DNA of 32,000 nt from Nitrosopumilus maritimus SCM1 (GTDB taxonomy: Archaea > Thermoproteota > Nitrososphaeria > Nitrososphaerales > Nitrosopumilaceae): positions 1-32,000 of the forward strand of contig NC_010085.1 in assembly GCF_000018465.1 (NCBI RefSeq), read 5' to 3'. Both the position numbers and the translations under genes were made by a program. Position 1 is the first letter of the stretch. Every line of letters starts with the position of its first letter. The notes under the pieces were generated by a model. The model was not told the origin of the DNA, ran no database searches, and worked only from the letters and a program-made list of their open reading frames with translations. Positions 1 through 9,325 of this stretch are shown here, piece by piece.

Positions 1-139
1 TTTTTTCTATTTTTTTTTTGAGAAAAAACAAAAACTAACTAAAAATAATTAATTACAAACTAAACTAGAATTACTATTCTATTCTATACTCTCTTAATTG
101 AGATATGGTTAAGATGAAATTGATAGGAAACAAAGGTGT

Positions 140-1348
140 GTGAGTATGTCTGATCCGATTGATAGATTATTAGATGCAGCTGAATCTGGCAAATCAATTA
201 TCAAAAACAGGGAGATCCTACATTTTACCTATATTCCAAAAACCATCCAACATAGGAATACTGAACAAGAACAAGTTACCCAATCACTCTTACCAATTCT
301 CAAACAATCAAGACCTTCCAATCTTTTGGTATATGGTAAACCTGGTACTGGCAAAACACTTGTCGTCAAAAAAGTTATCTCAAAAATCCAAGAGAGGGTA
401 GAGAAATCAAATTTCCCGATAAAACTAATCTACTCAAACGCAAAAAAAGAGACCACATTATACGGTTTATTGGTCAGTTTTGGGCGTCAATTAGGGCTAT
501 CTGACAAAGAATTACCCTCAACTGGTCTTGCCATCAGTGAGGTGTTCAAACGTATCCTGAATAATATTGATCAGGAAAAAACCAATGTTGTCTTTGTAAT
601 TGATGAGATAGATTACCTAGCAGAACTAGTATCAAAGACTGGAAAGGACATCCTTTACCAACTAACCAGAGCAAACGAAAACCTCAATTCTGGATCATTG
701 ACTTTGATTGGAATTTCAAATGACTTGACCTTCAAAGAAAAACTAGACCCTAGGGTAATCAGCAGTCTGGGAGAGGAGGAGATTGTCTTTACAAATTATG
801 ATGTTGAACAAATAAAAAAAATTCTAGAGGAGAGGATATCTGAAGCCTTTGAGGCCGAATCTGTGGATGAATCTGCTCTAAACTTATGCGCTGCTCTGGC
901 AGGAGGAGAACACGGTGATGCAAGACGGGCAATAGATCTGATTAGAGTTGCAGGCGAACTTGCTGAAAGACAACAATCAGACAAAGTCACTGAAACCCAT
1001 GTCAGAGATGCATCTCAAAAAATTGAAGAAAACAAAGAAGAGACATCCCTCAAATCATACCCACTTCACGAAAAACTAGTCATACTTGCTATAATGAAGG
1101 CCAATGGCTCTTCTACTGGAGAAATATACTCTTCATACAAAAACCTCTGTAAAGTTGTAGGACGAGATGAGCTTACCCAAAGAAGAATCACACAAATGCT
1201 AAGTGAAATTGAACTTTCTGGAATAATCTCTGGAAGATTGGTCCATCAAGGAATTCATGGTAGGACAAAAAAATACAAACTAACAATATCATCTGAAATG
1301 GTAAAAAAGACCTTCAAAGATGATTTAACTTTGCAAGATATTGTCTAG
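140..1348 (+). CDS. cdc6: Orc1/Cdc6 replication initiator (AAA+ ATPase with C-terminal winged helix)
   Basis: 402-aa ORF. Walker A GKPGTGKT, Walker B VFVIDEID and a GDARRAIDL sensor region are typical of archaeal Orc1/Cdc6. GTG at 140; first ATG at 146 is an alternative start. Confidence 0.93.
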   Translation: MSMSDPIDRLLDAAESGKSIIKNREILHFTYIPKTIQHRNTEQEQVTQSLLPILKQSRPSNLLVYGKPGTGKTLVVKKVISKIQERVEKSNFPIKLIYSNAKKETTLYGLLVSFGRQLGLSDKELPSTGLAISEVFKRILNNIDQEKTNVVFVIDEIDYLAELVSKTGKDILYQLTRANENLNSGSLTLIGISNDLTFKEKLDPRVISSLGEEEIVFTNYDVEQIKKILEERISEAFEAESVDESALNLCAALAGGEHGDARRAIDLIRVAGELAERQQSDKVTETHVRDASQKIEENKEETSLKSYPLHEKLVILAIMKANGSSTGEIYSSYKNLCKVVGRDELTQRRITQMLSEIELSGIISGRLVHQGIHGRTKKYKLTISSEMVKKTFKDDLTLQDIV

Positions 1349-2770
1349 ATTAGAATTGTAATTTTGGTGGAAAACCTGAAAGGTCTTTAAATTAACCAGT
1401 AAAGCAATACCTGGATTTGGAGTCATCCCAACACTTGCTTGAAATGGTGTCTGTTTCTGCCAAGAGCCTGAATTAACCAACAATATACCCTTGTACATAT
1501 CCAACTGAGCCTTGTGGACGTGGCCTACATGAAAGATATCTGGAATATCTTCAATTACCATAAGATCCTGCATCTCAGGAGCAATTGGCGTCTGGCTGCC
1601 ATAAATTGGACTTAGATGTCTGGCCCTAAGTAGGTGCTTCATCACATTTGTTGGCTTGTCATAACTTAGCCCTGGGGTAGTCTTTACAATATCATCAATA
1701 CTTTGCCCATGAAACATCATCACTTTCACACCATTTAATGAGACTACAGCAGGGTTTCCAACCATTATGACATTTTCCCTATCCCATAATCCAGAATTAT
1801 ACTTCTTTGGAATTGCTGGTTGAGGGAGTGCCCTTCTACCCGGATCATGGTTTCCAGGCATTATGATTATCTTGATATTTTTTGGAATCTGATCAATCAA
1901 ACTTTCAACTTTTTTAAGCTGTTCCTCTATGGTTTGACAAACTAATTCCTTGTTCTGATTTGGGTAAATTCCAACCCCATCAACCATATCTCCTCCAATC
2001 AAAATAAATCGGATTTTTTTTGCTGTAGGATCGGGACTAGATATCCAAGAGAAAAACTCTGTTAACTCTTCTTCCATGAAATATTTACTTCCAATATGTA
2101 AATCAGACAAAAATACGGCATAGGCTTCAGATTCTGACTTGTTTGTGGCCTGATCAGGAATATCCGGAAAAATCAAATCCTTTATGATGAATCCAGAGTT
2201 CTTTCCTACACTAACTCTTGCCATAACAAATTGGTCTACTAGGAGAGTATCTGCCGTCTTTTGAAGTTCAGTATCAAAAATAATCCCCTCAAATGAGCCT
2301 GAAGGATCCTCTAAAACCAACTTTGTTACATTTCTCTCACTATTTCTTGAAGTTACCAAACCACAGACATACATGTCATCTTCAGATCTTTCATTTTTAA
2401 CAAAAGTCAGAGATTTTAACATTCGAGCCTCTGGTCTGTCTGAAATTATTCGTTTTAGTTTGTTAAACCTACTAGAAAACAATGCATTGTATCCCTTTAC
2501 TCCTTCTCCCGTGGTTATCTTGTCTGTAGGATCCAGCAAAACCTTGACCTCATTTTCTAAGGATGGATCATCTTTGATTCCAAGATATGTTTCTAAATCA
2601 TCTTGATTGATTTGAAATAATTTCTGTTTGGTTTTTTCTCTGACAATTTCCTTTATTATTTTCTCTAGTTTTTTCACATCGACATTTTCTAAAATTTTAA
2701 AAGCATTTGGATGAATCTGGAATCCTTTGTTTAATGCATAGTTTAATGCAAAGGACAGTTCCTTTTTCAT
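1325..2770 (-). CDS. DNA polymerase II (PolD) small subunit DP1 (Mre11-like phosphoesterase / proofreading exonuclease)
   Basis: 481-aa ORF. Calcineurin-type phosphoesterase motifs DLHIGS, GGDMVDG, PGNHD and GHVH lie in the C-terminal half. Its 3' end overlaps the cdc6 3' end by 24 nt (convergent). Confidence 0.9.
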   Translation of the reverse strand: MKKELSFALNYALNKGFQIHPNAFKILENVDVKKLEKIIKEIVREKTKQKLFQINQDDLETYLGIKDDPSLENEVKVLLDPTDKITTGEGVKGYNALFSSRFNKLKRIISDRPEARMLKSLTFVKNERSEDDMYVCGLVTSRNSERNVTKLVLEDPSGSFEGIIFDTELQKTADTLLVDQFVMARVSVGKNSGFIIKDLIFPDIPDQATNKSESEAYAVFLSDLHIGSKYFMEEELTEFFSWISSPDPTAKKIRFILIGGDMVDGVGIYPNQNKELVCQTIEEQLKKVESLIDQIPKNIKIIIMPGNHDPGRRALPQPAIPKKYNSGLWDRENVIMVGNPAVVSLNGVKVMMFHGQSIDDIVKTTPGLSYDKPTNVMKHLLRARHLSPIYGSQTPIAPEMQDLMVIEDIPDIFHVGHVHKAQLDMYKGILLVNSGSWQKQTPFQASVGMTPNPGIALLVNLKTFQVFHQNYNSNLDNILQS

Positions 2771-2844
2771 ATCAAAAAATATAATGTGGTTTAATTAAAT
2801 CTGCGCCTACCAACCCTCAAATATTGTTCTAATGGTATTGTGTT

Positions 2845-3387
2845 GTGAATAAACTCCGAATTTCTTTATTTTTCATATTCATGGCAATCTTTACTGGTAC
2901 ATATCAAATTGGTTCAATGTCTACTGTGAGCCAGGAAGAAGCTGATATTTTCATGTCAGAATTTGAGGAATTAGTTTTGGATATTGATGGATTTGGGATA
3001 TTTACTCATAACACATCATTAGCACTTCCAATGTTTATTCCAGGATTTGGTGTTGCTTGGGGTTTGTTTTCAGCATGGTCAACAGGATTTGCATTTGCAG
3101 CAATAACTACAACTGCTCCAATTTTAGAAAAAGTCCCCCCCTTAGCAATTTTATTTTTATCTCCATTTGGCTTGATGGAGTTAACTGCATATTCTTTAGC
3201 AACATCTAGGAGTTTTATCCTGATTAGAGCAATAACGAAAAAAATCAATCTTAGAACCTTCATCAAACCAACTGTAATCGAGATTGGTGTTGTAGTTGGG
3301 TTGCTTTTGGCAGGAGGGTATCTAGAATTTTACATGATAGAAATGGCTCAAGAACAAGGCCTCCAAATACCTGGAATTGATATCTGA
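2845..3387 (+). CDS. polytopic membrane protein, SpoIIM/DUF95-like
   Basis: 180 aa with a GTG start and several hydrophobic helices. The family call rests on overall pattern and the LMELTAYSLA segment only. Confidence 0.6.
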   Translation: MNKLRISLFFIFMAIFTGTYQIGSMSTVSQEEADIFMSEFEELVLDIDGFGIFTHNTSLALPMFIPGFGVAWGLFSAWSTGFAFAAITTTAPILEKVPPLAILFLSPFGLMELTAYSLATSRSFILIRAITKKINLRTFIKPTVIEIGVVVGLLLAGGYLEFYMIEMAQEQGLQIPGIDI

Positions 3388-3462
3388 TCCCTTAGGATTT
3401 GCCTATTGAGTCTAAAATAATTTAGTAGCAAATTATAAACCAAATTAGAAGACAAATCTATT

Positions 3463-4359
3463 GTGAAGTTAACAATAACATTACTAGCATTATTCATATT
3501 TTCCTCAGGATATATTCTCAATGAATCGTTTGCAGAAGTTTCTGAAAACCAAGTATTTCTCCTAGAGGGCTCTGGTTTTGCTGTAACTGAAGAACAAATC
3601 AAATTTTCAGAAATTGATTTTGGTTTATCATCTCAAGACCAACGAGGTAGTACCATTAATTTTGTAATAGAGGATGGCTTTATCACACTTGATGAAGAAG
3701 AATTTATCATTTCAGAATTAGAAGGAAAATTTTTGCGTGAAGGCCGTTATATTCGAATTAATGGAGATATAGAAAGTTCTAGTGGTTTTGATACTACAAT
3801 CAGCTTCTTTGGAAGATTAGTTGCAGAAAGTAAAGATGCTGCAGTTTATGGTTTTACTGGTAGAATTACAACAACTGATGATACCTACAAAATAATTTAC
3901 ACTACAAAATTATCTTCATTATCAAAAATTGATGTAACCCCAACAATTGAAGAATCACAAGAACTTTCAATTCGTATTCTTAAAGGTGCTTCCTCTCAAG
4001 GAGTTTCGGATAGCTATGTCGGACTAACAACAAGTGGCTCAATTAGGTTAGGATATTTTTCTGATGATAGGATATCAATTGAACCAGGAACTACTATTAC
4101 AATCATAAATGATGATAATGTTTCTCATAGTATTCTTAGTGGAAAAGAAAATTATGGTGATAGACATGATCCATTTGATCCAGATGGTAGAATCTCAACT
4201 GGCGATATTGCCCCTGGCAAATCTGTTAACATTACATTTGATGAAGCAGGATTTTACAGATTATATGATCCAGACTACCCTTGGATGAAAATTGTAGCAT
4301 ATGTATTCCCCAATTCTGATAATCTAATTCTTAGACAAGGCCAAAATCTAGGAAACTAA
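3463..4359 (+). CDS. secreted protein with C-terminal cupredoxin-like domain lacking the Cys ligand
   Basis: 298 aa with a GTG start and an N-terminal signal-like hydrophobic segment. The C-terminal approx. 115 aa follow the plastocyanin/amicyanin pattern (EPGTTITIINDDNVSHS ... GFYRLYDPDYPWMKIVAYV). Confidence 0.7.
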   Translation: MKLTITLLALFIFSSGYILNESFAEVSENQVFLLEGSGFAVTEEQIKFSEIDFGLSSQDQRGSTINFVIEDGFITLDEEEFIISELEGKFLREGRYIRINGDIESSSGFDTTISFFGRLVAESKDAAVYGFTGRITTTDDTYKIIYTTKLSSLSKIDVTPTIEESQELSIRILKGASSQGVSDSYVGLTTSGSIRLGYFSDDRISIEPGTTITIINDDNVSHSILSGKENYGDRHDPFDPDGRISTGDIAPGKSVNITFDEAGFYRLYDPDYPWMKIVAYVFPNSDNLILRQGQNLGN

Positions 4360-5072
4360 TTTTCCCATTGCCATCTGTAATTCATGTAAGAATCTAAACT
4401 TGTTTGATTAAACACCATTACTGACAAATCTGAAAACTCTTTTCCTTCCAAATCTTTTACAGTTCCTTCAAAACTAGTTTCATTTTCAGTGGTTATGGCT
4501 TCAAAAACATGAACTTTAATCCTTGTAGTATCAAAACCACATTCACGAAGATAAACTGCAATTTCTGATGGCATAAAATGCTTGTCTGGTTGTTTTGGCC
4601 ATGGTCTTGGAACTAACACCACACTAAATCCATCAATCAATGCCTTTTGCAGCTCTAATTTCTTATCTTCAATTGGAGTTGTTACATGCATTGTAATCAC
4701 TCTAGATTTATCAAGCGGTACTTGTGCTCTGGATGCTGCTACTTGTATAGAACTAATTCCTGGAACTATTTCTACCTCACCAAAAATTTCTATTAATCTA
4801 TCTACCACTTCAGATTCTGAAAAATTTACATCTCCAGTAAATGGAATTACTAGAGTTTTATCTCCTAATCTTGGAAAAACTTCTTGATAGGATTCTTCTT
4901 GATTATTCATTGTAATTTCATGAATTTCTTTGCCCTCAAGAAGGTGTTCGATTGTTTTTAAAGTGTATTTGTACCCAATCACAATATCACAATTTTGAAC
5001 TATATCTTTGACAACTTCTGTTACATATTTTGGTGAACCTGGACCTACACCTACGGCAATAACTTTTCCCAA
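4356..5072 (-). CDS. tetrapyrrole (corrin/porphyrin) methylase family protein, CbiE/CbiH-like
   Basis: 238 aa. The N-terminal VIAVGVGPGSPKYVT, DIVIGYKYTL and VPGISSIQVAASR match the class III SAM methyltransferase pattern. Which corrin step it serves cannot be decided by eye. Confidence 0.7.
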   Translation of the reverse strand: MGKVIAVGVGPGSPKYVTEVVKDIVQNCDIVIGYKYTLKTIEHLLEGKEIHEITMNNQEESYQEVFPRLGDKTLVIPFTGDVNFSESEVVDRLIEIFGEVEIVPGISSIQVAASRAQVPLDKSRVITMHVTTPIEDKKLELQKALIDGFSVVLVPRPWPKQPDKHFMPSEIAVYLRECGFDTTRIKVHVFEAITTENETSFEGTVKDLEGKEFSDLSVMVFNQTSLDSYMNYRWQWEN

Positions 5073-5074
5073 TT

Positions 5075-5566
5075 TTACTTTGTAAATTTCTGTCTGTCTT
5101 TAATATATTGCACAAATGGTGCCCAATCTACTTTCATGTATTTTGTGGGCTCTTTTGCTGGATATTTTACCCAATCTTGGGCAATAGAATATTGAAATTT
5201 CTCTTTTTTACCGTCTTGTTCATATTCTAATTCTAAAACACTTCCCCACGTCTTTTCTTCAAAACTAATATTGGAAATATCATCAAATGATAATTCTGTG
5301 TTTCTTTTATCTTCAACATCATTCATCAAATCTTCTTCATCATAACCATCATGACGTATCATGGTATTTTTTGATCTGATAAAATTAATTACCTGTCTTT
5401 GAGTAATTGCCTTCCACCATTTCATTTTGGCTTCAGTTTTATGAATAAACATTAGATGCTTATCAGTTAAAACCAACATTCCTTCTTTACCTCCAATTGA
5501 TAGAAATTTTTTTGATTCTCTCCATATTGAAACAACATGTGCCTGAATCTTCTCATCAGGTTGCAT
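5075..5566 (-). CDS. hypothetical cytosolic protein, possibly PH/GRAM-like fold
   Basis: 163-aa ORF ending 2 nt upstream of the methylase gene on the same strand. GMLVLTDKHLMFIHK resembles bacterial PH/GRAM-type domains (weak). Confidence 0.5.
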   Translation of the reverse strand: MQPDEKIQAHVVSIWRESKKFLSIGGKEGMLVLTDKHLMFIHKTEAKMKWWKAITQRQVINFIRSKNTMIRHDGYDEEDLMNDVEDKRNTELSFDDISNISFEEKTWGSVLELEYEQDGKKEKFQYSIAQDWVKYPAKEPTKYMKVDWAPFVQYIKDRQKFTK

Positions 5567-5638
5567 AGGAGTAATCTGTTTGGCTTTGTTAAAAACTAAT
5601 ACAATTGGCTTTTAAGTGAGATTTATTGCAGAAAAATA

Positions 5639-7168
5639 TTGAAGAAAATAATTCTTGCAATCACATTTTCATTATTGTTTATGGGAATTGTAAATCAAAC
5701 AACTGCCCAATCTGTAGAGGTTAATCCAATTAAGATAATGGATCCTGTTGTAATCATTGAAACTAGTTTGGGAAATATCACAATTGGCTTTTTCCCAAAT
5801 GATGCACCTAAACATGTAGAAAATTTTCTTAAACTATCAACCTCTGGATTTTACGATGGAACTCTTTTTCATAGAATAATTCCAGGCTTCATGATTCAGG
5901 GCGGTGATCCAAATACAATTGATGGCGATTCAAGTACCTGGGGGACTGGTGGTCCAGATGAAAGATTAGATGCAGAGTTTAACAATATCAAACATAATCG
6001 TGGAATAGTTTCAATGGCAAGATCAGCTGATCCAAATAGCGGTGGCTCACAATTCTTTATCGTACATCAAAATTCCAACTTTCTTGATGAACAATACACT
6101 GTATTTGGTAGAATTATAACTGAAGAAAGTTTTGAAACACTTGATAAAATTGCATCAGTTTCCACTGGAAGTAGAGATGAACCTATAAATCCTGAACAAG
6201 TAAGAATTATCAAAGTTTCAGTTGTTCCACGTGCAGATATTCCTGATTTAATTGAATTAACAGAACCTGATCGAATCCAAACAAACGTAGAGCCATCTAC
6301 TGGGAGTCAACTATTTGAAAGCGAAGAACATGATATAGCATTTAGTGCTCCTGCAGGCTGGCTTTTACAACAACCTGAGAAAACTCAAGAAAACACTCCT
6401 GATGTTGTAGCAGTTGGACCAAAGGTTGGCACAGTAAATCCTGTAATTTCACTTACAATACTTCCTACAAATGGAAAAATCATTGATGATATAATTTCAG
6501 AAAAAAATGAAGAATTACAACCACTTGCAGAATCAAGAGGATTGAATATAATTTCTCAAGAACAAATTACCATTAATGATAAGGATGCATATGTAACTAA
6601 CGCACAAGGAGTTTTTTCTGCTAATGGTCAGGATTATGATGTAAAATTCAAAGAGGTTATAATTTATGGTTCAGATAACTATTACACTTTTTCGTACAGT
6701 AACGGTGTAGACGACTTTGATTCTCAAATAGAAAGATTTAACGAAACAATAGATTCTTTTAAAAAATTATCTGAAGACTCTGCAAATTCTGAAGAAAATG
6801 GTGGATGTTTAATTGCAACTGCAACATTTGGCTCTGAACTTGCACCTCAAGTACAACAATTAAGAGAATTAAGAGATAACACTATTCTTGAAACAGAATC
6901 TGGAACTGCTTTTATGAGTGGATTTAATCAATTGTATTATTCATTCTCCCCAACAATTGCTGATTTAGAACGTGAGTCTCCCCTCTTCAAAGAAATTGTG
7001 AAACTAACAATCACTCCGATGTTGTCTTCACTTTCAATTCTAAAGTATGCTGAAATAAATTCAGAAGAAGAAATGATCTCTTATGGTGTAGGAATAATTC
7101 TAATGAATATTGGAATGTATTTTGTAGCTCCAACTATTATCATCTATAAAATTAGAAAACTAAACTAG
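5639..7168 (+). CDS. secreted cyclophilin-type peptidyl-prolyl isomerase fused to a PsbP-like middle domain and a CFI-box-like C-terminal anchor
   Basis: 509 aa with a TTG start and a signal peptide. Cyclophilin signatures FHRIIPGFMIQGGD and SMARSADPNSGGSQFFI. C-terminal GGCLIATATFGSELAPQVQQLRELRDN...YYSFSPTIA followed by a TM helix and the basic tail KIRKLN. Confidence 0.85.
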   Translation: MKKIILAITFSLLFMGIVNQTTAQSVEVNPIKIMDPVVIIETSLGNITIGFFPNDAPKHVENFLKLSTSGFYDGTLFHRIIPGFMIQGGDPNTIDGDSSTWGTGGPDERLDAEFNNIKHNRGIVSMARSADPNSGGSQFFIVHQNSNFLDEQYTVFGRIITEESFETLDKIASVSTGSRDEPINPEQVRIIKVSVVPRADIPDLIELTEPDRIQTNVEPSTGSQLFESEEHDIAFSAPAGWLLQQPEKTQENTPDVVAVGPKVGTVNPVISLTILPTNGKIIDDIISEKNEELQPLAESRGLNIISQEQITINDKDAYVTNAQGVFSANGQDYDVKFKEVIIYGSDNYYTFSYSNGVDDFDSQIERFNETIDSFKKLSEDSANSEENGGCLIATATFGSELAPQVQQLRELRDNTILETESGTAFMSGFNQLYYSFSPTIADLERESPLFKEIVKLTITPMLSSLSILKYAEINSEEEMISYGVGIILMNIGMYFVAPTIIIYKIRKLN

Positions 7169-8524
7169 TTACCAAACATCATCTACTTCATCAAGAACCT
7201 TGTATTCTTTTTCTGGTTCACGTCTCATGAATTTGAGTCTTGAAATGTCTCTATCAAAAATCGCATCAGCTGTCCAATCAAGAAAAACTCTAAATCGCTT
7301 ATCCCACGTTGGGATTTTTGATAGGTAAATATTTCTCCAAAGAAACCATGCAAAAATTCCATGAATATTCATTCCTAAAAATGATGCAATACCTGTTCTC
7401 TTTCCGATAATTGCCATCTGGCCTTTTGATTCATACGTAAATTCTGTTTTTTCTTCATTTCTAATCAAAGCATGAAGGTTTTTTGCAGCAATTTTGGCTT
7501 GAGCCTCTGCAATTTGAGCAGTTGGTGGAAATGGTCTTTGACTATTAGGATCCATAAACAGCGCACAGTCTCCAATTGCAAAAACACCTGGAAAATCATT
7601 TACTTCTAAATTCTTGTCTACAATGATTTTTCCTTTGTCTGTTTTGAATAACGATCTCTTGATTGTATTGACTGGTGTTACACCTGCAGTCCAAATTACA
7701 GTCTTTGTTTGGATTGAACTAATAACTGAATCATCTGATGCATCTTTGTCAACATCCAATCTCTTTATCATGACTTCATCTCCATCAAAACTAGTTACAG
7801 CTGTTTGTAGTTTGATCTCAATTCCATGTTCTGTTAATTTTTCTTGTGCAAACTTTGCAAGGCTTTCAGAAAAACCTGGTAAAATATTTGGTAATGCTTC
7901 TAATACGACAACTCTAATATCTTCTTTTTTGATATTAGGGTAGTACTTTCTAACATCCAATAGGAGATCCATTATCTCTCCTGCTGTCTCGATTCCTGCA
8001 AATCCTCCTCCAACTACAACAAAAGTTAGAAGACTATGTTTTAGAATTGGATTTGTCTCATTTTCTGCTTGTTCTAACATGTCTATCATTCTATTTCTAA
8101 CCATAACTGCATCATTGAGTGTCTTCATTTGATAGGCATTTTTCTCAAGATCATTCATTCCAAAAAAGTTAGTTTCACTTCCCAATGCTACAACAAGAAA
8201 ATCATAATGAAGTGAAATTCCTCTCTTGTTTCCACTCCCCCAAAGATTTACAATTTTTCCGTAAGGATCTATATTTTTGACTCTACCTTCGTAAAATGTT
8301 GCTTTTTTTGTAATTGTTCTAATTGGCATTACAATGTGTCTTGTCTCAATCATTCCGGAAGCCACTTGGGGTAGCATTGGAGTAAACAACAGAAAATTAT
8401 CCTCACTAACTAAAACAATTTCAATTTCTGAATCATTTTTGAAATATTCTTCTAGTTTCCTAGTACACTCTAATCCTGCAAAACCGCCTCCTAAAACGAC
8501 AATTTTCTTCTTATTTCGAGCCAT
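7169..8524 (-). CDS. ndh: type II NADH dehydrogenase (NDH-2) / FAD-dependent pyridine nucleotide-disulfide oxidoreductase
   Basis: 451 aa. Two dinucleotide-binding folds (KKIVVLGGGFAGLE and FVVVGGGFAGIETAGE) and a FAIGDCA motif. Confidence 0.85.
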   Translation of the reverse strand: MARNKKKIVVLGGGFAGLECTRKLEEYFKNDSEIEIVLVSEDNFLLFTPMLPQVASGMIETRHIVMPIRTITKKATFYEGRVKNIDPYGKIVNLWGSGNKRGISLHYDFLVVALGSETNFFGMNDLEKNAYQMKTLNDAVMVRNRMIDMLEQAENETNPILKHSLLTFVVVGGGFAGIETAGEIMDLLLDVRKYYPNIKKEDIRVVVLEALPNILPGFSESLAKFAQEKLTEHGIEIKLQTAVTSFDGDEVMIKRLDVDKDASDDSVISSIQTKTVIWTAGVTPVNTIKRSLFKTDKGKIIVDKNLEVNDFPGVFAIGDCALFMDPNSQRPFPPTAQIAEAQAKIAAKNLHALIRNEEKTEFTYESKGQMAIIGKRTGIASFLGMNIHGIFAWFLWRNIYLSKIPTWDKRFRVFLDWTADAIFDRDISRLKFMRREPEKEYKVLDEVDDVW

Positions 8525-8593
8525 TTGCTTACCCCAGAAAAAGACGAAATATATCCCTATGAGTTTATTTTCGGAAATTATGCGTGCCTATTC

Positions 8594-9259
8594 TCAGGCT
8601 CTCATTATATCAGAGTGTAAAATCTCATATGCCCTTGATGCATCCTTTTCATTTAGAAAAATTACGATATTATCCTGACTGAAAAACGCATTAACTAGTT
8701 CAATTCCGTTTGCATGTAATACCTCTGCAACATAGGAAACCACATCTGATTGATTTTGTGAATTTGGTATTGTAATTTTGATCTTTGCAAGACCCGTACT
8801 AAATACATCCTCTCTATCTGAAACATTACCAAAAATCTGCCTAATGTCTTCCATGTCTTCAGTAAGGAATCTAAAGGAATCGGACATTCTAAAAAATTCA
8901 TAGTTATTTGTAATCTTTGAGAACTTATCCAAAATTGCCATAGGATCAATTTGGTTAGAATCTTTGATTGAAAATTTAATATCCATAATTCCATCAGTCA
9001 AAGCCAATCTTGCATTCTTCAAAACTGGTTCTTCCTTTACTTCCTCTTTAATCTCAAATGAATCTGCATATCTCTTGATTGCCACAACTATGGTATTGAG
9101 ATTAACACTGTTACCCAAAATTCTTTCAACTTCTGGCTGAATCTTTACTGCTAATGCTGTATAGTTTATCAAATCCATCTTCATGCAGTCATAAATCGAA
9201 CGATTTCTTGTGATCATCTCTCTGACTATCTCAGGCACGGACATGCTTGCTACCCTCAT
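8594..9259 (-). CDS. conserved archaeal regulatory-type protein (COG2150-like, N-terminal HTH-like segment plus ACT-like C-terminus)
   Basis: 221-aa ORF. SVPEIVREMI...LINYTALAVKI resembles the N-terminus of archaeal ACT-domain regulators. The palindromic TATA box at 9268-9275 suggests the real start is the ATG at 9244 (MSVPEIV...). Confidence 0.55.
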   Translation of the reverse strand: MRVASMSVPEIVREMITRNRSIYDCMKMDLINYTALAVKIQPEVERILGNSVNLNTIVVAIKRYADSFEIKEEVKEEPVLKNARLALTDGIMDIKFSIKDSNQIDPMAILDKFSKITNNYEFFRMSDSFRFLTEDMEDIRQIFGNVSDREDVFSTGLAKIKITIPNSQNQSDVVSYVAEVLHANGIELVNAFFSQDNIVIFLNEKDASRAYEILHSDIMRA

Positions 9260-9267
9260 TAAGATTA

Positions 9268-9280
9268 TTATATAATGTCA
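9268..9280. promoter_or_regulatory. TATA-box module TTATATAATGTCA, copy 1
   Basis: Consensus-like archaeal TATA (TTATATAA, self-complementary), centred about 27 nt from the ATG at 9244 on the minus strand. Identical 13-mer to 9326-9338. Confidence 0.5.
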
Positions 9281-9325
9281 GTTATAATAGGCTTATGTAA
9301 GAAATCAAAGAAAATCCAATAATCT

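Noticed and set aside
174-990. Track ORFs 174-401 (+) and 796-990 (-) inside cdc6
   Set aside because: They are out-of-frame or antisense shadows within a gene with unambiguous Orc1/Cdc6 motifs. Their translations are low-complexity and lack motifs.
2373-3602. ORFs 2373-2606 (+), 3006-3266 (-) and 3348-3602 (-)
   Set aside because: They overlap the PolD DP1 gene, the SpoIIM-like gene and the start of the cupredoxin-like gene respectively. They have no motifs, and the overlapped genes are better supported.
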